From Escherichia coli (lineage in GTDB: Bacteria; Pseudomonadota; Gammaproteobacteria; Enterobacterales; Enterobacteriaceae): DNA of 64,000 nt. The translations under genes and the position numbers were made by a program. How positions within the stretch are numbered: position 1 is the stretch's first letter; each line of letters opens with the position of its first letter. The notes under the pieces were generated by a model. It worked only from the letters and a program-made list of their open reading frames with translations, had not been told where the DNA came from and searched no databases. Below are positions 34,190-41,723 of this stretch, piece after piece. Location: the NCBI RefSeq assembly GCF_030013205.1, contig NZ_CP122648.1. One strand, 5' to 3'.

Positions 34190-34684
34190 ATGACGGGAGC
34201 AGACTTTTTATTACCGATTGCAGCGGGAGCCGCGATTAGCTGGGCCAGTTATAGTGTAGTTGCCCATGCTGTATCAAAGCAGCACATCAGCACGCTACGC
34301 GCAACTGTATGGGGTGCTCTGGGCACTCTCTCATTGGTGCTGGGCGTATGCGCCTTTTCTGCTGTAGGTGCTGAGCATCAGACAGCACGAAAAGATATCG
34401 TATGTGCAGATGACAACCCGGAATGCTATGCGAAAACGCACCATAACCCGGTCAGGGAGTGCAAAAAGGTAATGGATGAGAAAGCGAAGTTTCGCCATGT
34501 GTGGCAAGAAAGCGAAGCGCCTGTATTTAATACTTATCTCTGGCACGATGAGAACGCGAAGATTATTCAGGCATTTGGGCAACAAGCTAAGGTAGTTAAC
34601 AGCCTGGGGATGCTAGCTCCGCTTCAATACTTTTGTGTTTTCAACGCAAAAACAGGAGAAGTCATTGCGGCCTCTTTCGAATAA
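34190..34684 (+). CDS. Hypothetical 2-TM membrane protein with a Cys-containing soluble C-terminal domain
   Basis: The ATG at 34190 follows GAGGGA. MTGADFLLPIAAGAAISWASYSVVAHAV and VWGALGTLSLVLGVCAFSAVGA are hydrophobic helices. I do not recognise a family. Confidence 0.55.
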   Translation: MTGADFLLPIAAGAAISWASYSVVAHAVSKQHISTLRATVWGALGTLSLVLGVCAFSAVGAEHQTARKDIVCADDNPECYAKTHHNPVRECKKVMDEKAKFRHVWQESEAPVFNTYLWHDENAKIIQAFGQQAKVVNSLGMLAPLQYFCVFNAKTGEVIAASFE

Positions 34685-34744
34685 AAATGTGAGGGAATTC
34701 ACCCTAACATCAAAAATAAACTTATGTAATGACCTCGCATTTAA

Positions 34745-35590
34745 TTATTCATTTAAAGATTCAAGAAATGTCCAGCCTTTATGAGTAACATAATACATTT
34801 GTCCTTTTGCCCCTCTTTCAATCACAAAATCAAAGGATAACAGTTCGTTAAGTGCGCCCTCCCAACGGGCTACCTCTCTAGCCGAACTTCCACCAAAGGA
34901 TTGATTTCCCGCTTGAATATCCGTGCCACCTAAATGCCTTATCACATAAATTGTTCCGCTATCATCGACACATGCTAATTTCAGCAAACTGAGTGCATCG
35001 GCGGACAAATTACTTTCTGGCAAAGATTGACTTGTATTCGCATCAGGAGAATTGTTAATGGTAGATATAAGAGAAGACAAATAAGGGCTACTAGAAATAA
35101 TTATCGAAAGTTGCCTACGGACTTTTTCTTTGAAATCAGATAAGTCATTAAAAGACTCTATCAATCCCTTTTGCATGCACTCAGTTTTGAACAATTTAAG
35201 AGACTCATATTGTTCTCTATCAAGGCTTTCAGGGGCAACAGGCTTTGAGGAAAAGTAAATCATTGCCGGTTTTCCCGCATTCAAATGACGGTGGATTTCT
35301 TCGACTGTTCCGCTGGCCTCGTTCCCAGTCGGTGAGCCTAGACGAGTCCAAAACACACCGATTAATAAATCACAATCTACTAATAATCTTTGATTAATCA
35401 ACTCCTGAGGCCTAACTCCTAATTCGGGTGATGTATGAGTTTCCCATCCAATTGGTGTCAACATTACTTTTGAACGAGCTGAATTTATATCATTCCACTC
35501 ATGGATCATTTCACGAATGACTTGTCTCTCTTCAGCGACATCACCAGGAGAAGCAATCATTACAGGGATAACAGTTGCTGTGTAAGCCAT
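34745..35590 (-). CDS. DUF4062 / TIR-like N-terminal domain protein with a C-terminal winged-helix-like module
   Basis: 281-aa ORF starting 13 bp after the recombinase stop. The motifs are VMIASPGDVAEER, DLLIGVFWTRLGSPTG and SGTVEEIHRHLNAGKPAMIYF. The family assignment is from memory and needs an HMM check. Confidence 0.55.
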   Translation of the reverse strand: MAYTATVIPVMIASPGDVAEERQVIREMIHEWNDINSARSKVMLTPIGWETHTSPELGVRPQELINQRLLVDCDLLIGVFWTRLGSPTGNEASGTVEEIHRHLNAGKPAMIYFSSKPVAPESLDREQYESLKLFKTECMQKGLIESFNDLSDFKEKVRRQLSIIISSSPYLSSLISTINNSPDANTSQSLPESNLSADALSLLKLACVDDSGTIYVIRHLGGTDIQAGNQSFGGSSAREVARWEGALNELLSFDFVIERGAKGQMYYVTHKGWTFLESLNE

Positions 35591-35603
35591 AAACTCTCCA
35601 TAT

Positions 35604-36164
35604 TCAATCGGTAATAGCTGCTACAGTCGCTCTTGAAACGCCATATTGACGCGCTAACGCACTGATACTCAAACCGCTATTCTTTTTCTCTAAAATCTCT
35701 CTACGGGCTTCTGACGCGATTTTAGGAGGTCTGCCCAATTTCTTACCTTCGGCTTTTGCTCGTGATAGTCCCGCCTGAGTGCGCTCAATCAGCAGATCAC
35801 GCTCCATCTCCGCAACCGCGGCGAGCATAGATAATAGCAACTTCCCAGCGGCAGAAGTGAGATCTGTGTTACCAAGCTGGTGGACAAGAACCTTGATATT
35901 ACGGTCAGCCAGCGCCCTTACCGTTTGCAAGACGTCAATCGCATCACGCCCCAGACGATCAAGCTTCGCTACCACCAACGTTTCACCATCGCGGATTTTA
36001 TTGAGCATTTCAGAAAATGCTTTACGTTGCATTGCCGGAACCTTCCCGCTAACAACATCGGCAAACCAGTAATCAATTTGCCACCCAGCCTGCCCAAGCT
36101 CCAGCCGTTGGTTCTCAGTATCCTGCTGCGATGTCGAAACACGTCCGTAGCCAAAAGTTGCCAT
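35604..36164 (-). CDS. Serine recombinase (resolvase/invertase family)
   Basis: MATFGYGRVSTSQQDTENQRLEL...LVVAKLDRLGRD... has the catalytic Ser in GYGRVST and a C-terminal HTH (ISALARQYGVSRATV). The track ORF has a 23-codon upstream extension. Confidence 0.88.
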   Translation of the reverse strand: MATFGYGRVSTSQQDTENQRLELGQAGWQIDYWFADVVSGKVPAMQRKAFSEMLNKIRDGETLVVAKLDRLGRDAIDVLQTVRALADRNIKVLVHQLGNTDLTSAAGKLLLSMLAAVAEMERDLLIERTQAGLSRAKAEGKKLGRPPKIASEARREILEKKNSGLSISALARQYGVSRATVAAITD

Positions 36165-36186
36165 TGTTATCTCCCCATCTGACCCC

Positions 36187-36297
36187 TGCCAGAAAACGAG
36201 GCCAACATTAGGATGGCCTGCCAGAAAAGCCAAGGCTATTTTTCCAACAGTGTGAAAGCGTGCGATTGGGAGGTGCCAGAAAACGGTCGTTTGTTGG
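36187..36297. promoter_or_regulatory. res-like array: three TGCCAGAAAA-containing sites immediately upstream of the serine recombinase gene
   Basis: TGCCAGAAAA occurs at 36187, 36219 and 36274. The third copy sits in the imperfect palindrome CCAGAAAACG-GT-CGTTTGTTGG (36276-36297). Confidence 0.5.
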
Positions 36298-36356
36298 CGC
36301 TTAAAACGGATAAAGACATGTTAGGCTGAAACCATCACTTCATAAGGACAACCGAA

Positions 36357-36823
36357 ATGATTAAAGACGCGATTTTTCACCGTGCGGTCAATATCGCTAC
36401 TCGTTATCACGAGTCTGGGACGAATCAAAACCATATGCCCTTTTCATAGGGCTAAACCCTTCATACGCCGATGCTGAGAAGGATGATCGCACCTTGAGCC
36501 GCTGCATATCGTTTGCCAAAAGCAGGGGCTACGGTGGCGTATACATGGCCAACCTGTTCGCATTCGTTCACACCCAGCGACATGAAATGATGAAAGCGTC
36601 TGATCCCATTGGCAAAGATAACGATAGCCACTTGATACGTCTTGTTAGCGGTGCCGGACTGGTTGTCGCCGCATGGGGAAATGAAGGAAGACACCTCAAA
36701 CGCTCAACGACCGTCCGACAGCTATTGCCAGAGAGCACAATGTGCTTCGTCTTAAACGCTACAGGTGAGCCGAAGCACCCTTTGTATATGAAAAACGACA
36801 GTGTTCTCATACCTTTAGGTTAA
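36357..36823 (+). pseudogene. DUF1643 family gene with a frameshift in an A-run right after the start codon
   Basis: ATG ATT AAA GAC... goes out of frame. The +2 frame from 36365 reads RRDFSPCGQYRYSLSRVWDESKPYALFIGLNPSYADAEKDDRTLSRCISFAKSRGYGGVYMANLF..., a DUF1643-type N terminus as I recall it. One extra A in AAA (36363-36365) would restore MIKRRDFSPCGQYRYSL.... Confidence 0.6.
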
Positions 36824-37828
36824 CATCGATAACTGCGTTCAGAATATGAACGCAGCCATATGATATATATGACTTTTCTTTAAAATGATGGTGTGCTAGC
36901 TTCTCTCCTGACACCTACCTCATGCGGTAAACCGGTCCGGGTAGGTGGAGATCACCGCTGTTTAGCGGAAGACGTCAGGATGGGAACTCTGCGTAACGTT
37001 GATTGTGGTAGGTAGGGCGCGCAAGCGTTTGATGCAGCCAAGCAGAGGGTGAAAGTAGCTATCGGCGGATTCTTGAGTAGCTTCTTTTGCGCATAATGCA
37101 TCTTTCAAGAAAGGTCGTCACACCACGAGGAAGACTTGATCTTCATCTGGCAAGGGGAACCGAGCAACCTACAGGCTATCTTCTCAGATGGCCTTATGGT
37201 TGATATGTCCGGCTTCCCCCCCGAGGAAGGGTTTACATCTTAAAGAACAAGTTATGTTTTAACATTTTTAACAATTACACTTCTCTGCTGTTTGGTGTCT
37301 TATGGCGTTGCCGTCAAAAGTAAACCTGCCGTTTTTACCTCTCCTGCGTAACAACCAAATACGAACCAGAAGCTGCTAACGTTCAACGTGTTCGCGGTGT
37401 AAATGCAGCCAGATAAGTTGGGAGCGAAAAAGTGGATGCCCTAGGTTTGGAAGCGCCCCTCTCAGGCATAGCGTCCGAAAATTTCCACGGCGGCAGGCTT
37501 ATCCTTATAGAGCCAAACAGACTCAAAAGTTAAGAAGCGCGGTAAAGCTTAAAGCTCGCCCAGATTTCTCATTGATTGCTCGAACTCCGCTACGCTTGTT
37601 TCAACTGGCTTCGCCAGTCACTCTATGAGAGCGCCGCGAATTCTGCACCATGATTTCGACTACCTTCTTTAAAACACTCGCCAGAGAGCCTTACAGCGCG
37701 TTTGAACCGCATATCGCAGCTTTTGCTTACGGATGACTGTCTGATTAGCAGTAGCTTCATGGCCCAGTCCGGTTTACTTTATTGCTATCAACAAGGGAGC
37801 CGTCCAGAGGCGACGCGGAGATAATGCT
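36824..37828. other. About 1 kb with no ORF of 60 aa or more on either strand; either a structured RNA or a decayed gene
   Basis: The ORF track is empty here. Local helices include 36833-36855 (9-bp stem) and the nested 7+7-bp helix 36906-36919 / 36940-36946 + 36974-36980, which encloses the hairpin 36955-36968. Confidence 0.3.
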
Positions 37829-38161
37829 TTGAGAACCGTCGAGATACTGCAATACACCTTACGCAAAGGCAGCGGTGCCGCTTTTCACGCCATTATGCAG
37901 GAAATCAGTGTTCCCCTACACCAACGCCACGGGATCGATGTTGTTTCGTTTGGTAACTCTCTGCATGACCCGGACTGCTATTACCTGATTCGCGCCTTTG
38001 TCAGCCCTAAAAGCATGACTACGGTTCTCGACGCTTTTTACGCAAGCGATGACTGGCGCAGCGGCCCGCGCGAAGACATCATTGGCAACATAGAGGCCAG
38101 CATTAAAACAGTGATAAATCTACCATCAGAAAGCGTAGAAGGGCTGCGGGTGCAATCGTAG
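37829..38161 (+). CDS. NIPSNAP-like / dimeric alpha-beta barrel family protein
   Basis: 110-aa ORF with a TTG start 8 nt after GGAG. It reads MRTVEILQYTLRKGSGAAFHAIMQEISVPLHQRHGIDVVSFG...YYLIRAF.... Confidence 0.55.
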   Translation: MRTVEILQYTLRKGSGAAFHAIMQEISVPLHQRHGIDVVSFGNSLHDPDCYYLIRAFVSPKSMTTVLDAFYASDDWRSGPREDIIGNIEASIKTVINLPSESVEGLRVQS

Positions 38162-38293
38162 GTCATCAAGTTTCACCAAACGTGTTTTGAGCGTCTCCAA
38201 ATTCAGCACTATGAAATCCACCACCCTTAATAAAAAACGCGCCAGGAAGCGTCCCAGCGCATTCAAGCATCACTCAACTGAATAGTAACTGAT

Positions 38294-40204
38294 TCAACCT
38301 GTTTGTTTGCCACGCTTTCTTCGCAACGCATCTCTGACAGCATCCAGCCCGTCAGGAATGTTGAATTCCGCTATATCAGGTAACGAAAAATCAATTTTCT
38401 CCACGACTTCAATCATATGAATTGGTTTGAGGTCTTTGCTATATCGCACTTCCGTTTCAGTTTCGCCGCGCACATGCCCAAGTAGCTGCGCTCGTAATTC
38501 TGAGCTAACGCCCTTCTCCTTGAGCAAAGTCGAAACTGAGTGGCGAAAAGAATGGAAAGATTTGCTTCTGTTCCTCTCGAGTTTCAACCGCCCCGCAAGC
38601 AACGATTCATTGAACCATGCGGAAACTGGCCTACCATAGCCTTTTGTTTTATGTGGTTTAAGCTCCGGGAAGAGACGGGTATACCCTGCATCTTTTAAGG
38701 CGTTCACGTAGTCGATGAAACCGAGACTAATCAGCTTTGAATGGAGCGGAATCTTGCGGCGAGCATTAGCATTTTTGAGTTTCTTTCCGCTTTCATTATC
38801 GCTTTCAAGGTTCAAATAATAGACGCCGTCGTCTGCCAGAACATCACTCAGCAGTAACTGAGCGATTTCATTAACTCGCGCCCCCGTCATCAAGCCCAGC
38901 AAAGGTGCCCAATAGTTAAACGGGCAATATTGATGGAATCGCCCTTGCGCATTGCGTTCAACAGTTCCAGCCTCAAACCACGGTAACGAAAAAATCGCTT
39001 TAATTTCATGCGGTTCAAATATGTCAGTGTGATCCTGATCTCGCTCATCTTTATCATCGGATGGAAAAAAGTTTTCGCATGGCGATTTCAGTAGCTTACC
39101 GTCAGCAACAGCCCACTTCATTGCACCATAAATGCCGTTGATATACTTCCTAACGGATTCCTCAGTCATCAATTTATCGCCGCATTCTGCCGCTTTGGCG
39201 ATTAACTGATCCAGCGTTTTCACTCCATATTTAGCTTTGACTAAATTACGGTTTGCTGGGATCGTGCGCAGTTTGCTCTCATAAGCCCGGAGGAAATCGC
39301 GATCAAAATCTTCCAACTGAATGTCACCCATCGCTTCGATCATAAAGCTGAAATAGTTACGGATATCACTTATAGCCGACTCCGATACCTTGCCCTTGCG
39401 CCGATGCTTTAGATATTCAGAGCATAACCACGACAGATTCTTAGTGTAATACTTTCGATTAACATACTCGTTATCGATAGTAGGGGCAGGAGCGGCAAGA
39501 GGCACGGTAGGATGAACACTAGCGACTGGAGGCGTGGTCTTAGCCAGCCAATCAAGCCTTAGGCTTTCTGCATGGACTTTATTGATCAAAAGCGTATCGG
39601 GTTTAATTACCGGCCAACCGGAGGTGAAAAACCAACCGCCTTTAGCGTCGCTTCCGGCAGTTTTGAACACCGAAGCTTCTGAATAACCGTCGCTAATAAT
39701 GTTACGTAAATGTGCTGGTTGCGCAGTGAGTTGCAGATAGCCTTTAGCAACCCCCTCGATACCCTTCTCTTCGCCATAATTAAGAACGTAACTGCCATCA
39801 AGCGGGTCTAGCTCAGCCTCAGAGAGCGCTGCAACATAAAAGCCAGCCTGCCCCGTCGCCAGCCAGAATACGGGCAGATTACGGTTCATCACCGCCTGTA
39901 TTAATTGCGCAACAGGCAACTCAACTGACTGAGCAAAGTTAGAAAGCGAGATCATACCCTCACCAGCAAGCAGCGGGGCGCAGTCACTTAAAGTTCGATA
40001 ATCCAATTGTTCATACTCTTGTAAGGTCTGATACCAGACCGCCAACAGGAGCGCGGACTTCTGCTTTGCTTCATGAAGATCGTGAGTGCCTGTTGAAGTG
40101 TGAATCTCACACTGTCCTGCGTATCGACGAAAACGTTGGGGAATGCTAATGCGGACAACATAAATGCCGCTGGTTCGACGATAGAGTTTATATCGCTGAG
40201 ACAT
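38294..40204 (-). CDS. Tyrosine integrase with a long N-terminal extension, adjacent to leuX
   Basis: The ATG at 40204 gives MSQRYKLYRRTSGIYVVRISIPQRFRRYAGQCEIHTSTG... (636 aa); the track calls a TTG at 40246 (650 aa). The C-terminal catalytic signatures are GARVNEIAQL, HSFRHSVSTLL, LLGHVRG and VRYSK. Confidence 0.85.
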   Translation of the reverse strand: MSQRYKLYRRTSGIYVVRISIPQRFRRYAGQCEIHTSTGTHDLHEAKQKSALLLAVWYQTLQEYEQLDYRTLSDCAPLLAGEGMISLSNFAQSVELPVAQLIQAVMNRNLPVFWLATGQAGFYVAALSEAELDPLDGSYVLNYGEEKGIEGVAKGYLQLTAQPAHLRNIISDGYSEASVFKTAGSDAKGGWFFTSGWPVIKPDTLLINKVHAESLRLDWLAKTTPPVASVHPTVPLAAPAPTIDNEYVNRKYYTKNLSWLCSEYLKHRRKGKVSESAISDIRNYFSFMIEAMGDIQLEDFDRDFLRAYESKLRTIPANRNLVKAKYGVKTLDQLIAKAAECGDKLMTEESVRKYINGIYGAMKWAVADGKLLKSPCENFFPSDDKDERDQDHTDIFEPHEIKAIFSLPWFEAGTVERNAQGRFHQYCPFNYWAPLLGLMTGARVNEIAQLLLSDVLADDGVYYLNLESDNESGKKLKNANARRKIPLHSKLISLGFIDYVNALKDAGYTRLFPELKPHKTKGYGRPVSAWFNESLLAGRLKLERNRSKSFHSFRHSVSTLLKEKGVSSELRAQLLGHVRGETETEVRYSKDLKPIHMIEVVEKIDFSLPDIAEFNIPDGLDAVRDALRRKRGKQTG

Positions 40205-40294
40205 CGCCTCGTATACCCTTTTGTAAGAGGGGCTACGCGATTTCAAGCAAAATTATGGATTAAATTGTTTTAAAACAACGACTTAGATAAGACT

Positions 40295-40379
40295 TGGTGC
40301 CGAAGGCCGGACTCGAACCGGCACGTATTTCTACGGTTGATTTTGAATCAACTGCGTCTACCGATTTCGCCACTTCGGC
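40295..40379 (-). tRNA. leuX: tRNA-Leu (anticodon CAA)
   Basis: The reverse complement is GCCGAAGTGGCGAAATCGGTAGACGCAGTTGATTCAAAATCAACCGTAGAAATACGTGCCGGTTCGAGTCCGGCCTTCGGCACCA. It is 85 nt with a class II long variable arm, the anticodon loop TTCAAAA and an encoded CCA. Confidence 0.95.
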
Positions 40380-40574
40380 ACTGAAGAGGTATGCGGAAAA
40401 CGTTGTGGATTATACCTGTCGCACGCCACCATGCAAGCGCCAGCTTGCACCCACCTCGCTAAGTGCTGAAATTTTCAGCATTACACTCAGCGATATGTAA
40501 CCTTTGTCACACTCCAGGCACCCCGCCCTGCCATGCTCTACACTTCCCAAACAACACCAGAGAAGGACCCAAAA

Positions 40575-41594
40575 ATGTCGATGATAAAAAGCTATGCCGC
40601 AAAAGAAGCGGGCGGCGAACTGGAAGTTTATGAGTACGATCCCGGTGAGCTGAAGCCACAAGATGTTGAAGTGCAGGTGGATTACTGCGGGATTTGTCAT
40701 TCCGATCTGTCGATGATCGATAACGAATGGGGATTTTCACAATATCCGCTGGTTGCCGGGCATGAGGTGATTGGGCGCGTGGTGGCACTCGGGAGCGCCG
40801 CGCAGGATAAAGGTTTGCAGGTCGGTCAGCGTGTCGGGATTGGCTGGACGGCGCGTAGCTGTGGTCACTGCGACACCTGTATTAGCGGTAATCAGATCAA
40901 CTGCGAGCAAGGTGCGGTGCCGACGATTATGAATCGCGGTGGCTTTGCCGAGAAGTTGCGTGCGGACTGGCAATGGGTGATTCCACTGCCAGAAAATATT
41001 GATATCGAGTCCGCCGGGCCGCTGTTGTGCGGCGGTATCACGGTCTTTAAACCACTGTTGATGCACCATATCACTGCTACCAGCCGCGTTGGGGTAATTG
41101 GTATTGGCGGGCTGGGGCATATCGCTATAAAACTTCTGCACGCAATGGGATGCGAGGTGACGGCCTTTAGTTCTAATCCGGCGAAAGAGCAGGAAGTACT
41201 GGCGATGGGTACCGATAAAGTGGTGAATAGCCGCGATCCGCAGGCACTGAAAGCCCTGTCGGGGCAGTTTGATCTCATTATCAATACTGTGAACGTCAGC
41301 CTCGACTGGCAGCCTTATTTTGAGGCGCTGACCTATGGCGGTAATTTCCATACGGTCGGTGCGGTTCTCACGCCGCTGTCTGTTCCGGCCTTTACGTTAA
41401 TTGCGGGCGACCGCAGCATCTCTGGTTCTGCTACCGGCACGCCTTATGAGCTGCGTAAGCTGATGCGTTTTGCCGCCCGCAGCAAGGTTGCGCCGACCAC
41501 CGAACTGTTCCCGATGTCGAAAATTAACGACGCCATCCAGCATGTACGCGATGGTAAAGCGCGCTACCGCGTGGTCCTGAAAGCCGACTTCTGA
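40575..41594 (+). CDS. ahr: NADPH-dependent aldehyde reductase Ahr (YjgB), zinc ADH family
   Basis: [53 protein letters not shown]..., 339 aa. The track ORF has a 14-codon extension. Confidence 0.93.
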   Translation: MSMIKSYAAKEAGGELEVYEYDPGELKPQDVEVQVDYCGICHSDLSMIDNEWGFSQYPLVAGHEVIGRVVALGSAAQDKGLQVGQRVGIGWTARSCGHCDTCISGNQINCEQGAVPTIMNRGGFAEKLRADWQWVIPLPENIDIESAGPLLCGGITVFKPLLMHHITATSRVGVIGIGGLGHIAIKLLHAMGCEVTAFSSNPAKEQEVLAMGTDKVVNSRDPQALKALSGQFDLIINTVNVSLDWQPYFEALTYGGNFHTVGAVLTPLSVPAFTLIAGDRSISGSATGTPYELRKLMRFAARSKVAPTTELFPMSKINDAIQHVRDGKARYRVVLKADF

Positions 41595-41723
41595 TCCCTT
41601 TGCCGGGAGCCTGTCGCCCGGCACTTAAATCTCTTTGGAAGGCGTCTCGCAATCTGCTGAATTTAGCGGTGAAGAGTGCACAGCCGTTGCCTATACTCCA
41701 GGCAGGAAACTGGAGGAAATCTC

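Noticed and set aside
36165-36185. GGGGTCAGATGGGG (reverse strand), reminiscent of the GGGGTCTGA start of Tn3-family terminal repeats
   Set aside because: The similarity is too short. It overlaps the recombinase RBS region, and there is no second copy or transposase.
36926-37775. Long-range complementarity GTAAACCGGTCCGGG (36928-36942) versus CCCAGTCCGGTTTAC (37761-37775), initially considered as terminal inverted repeats or a closing stem for the ORF-free kilobase
   Set aside because: Only 13 of 15 positions match and the match does not extend. By a rough count, one such match is expected by chance within a 1-kb self-comparison.
40737-41351. 204-aa minus-strand ORF
   Set aside because: It is antisense to ahr, which is unambiguous. 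It is a shadow ORF.
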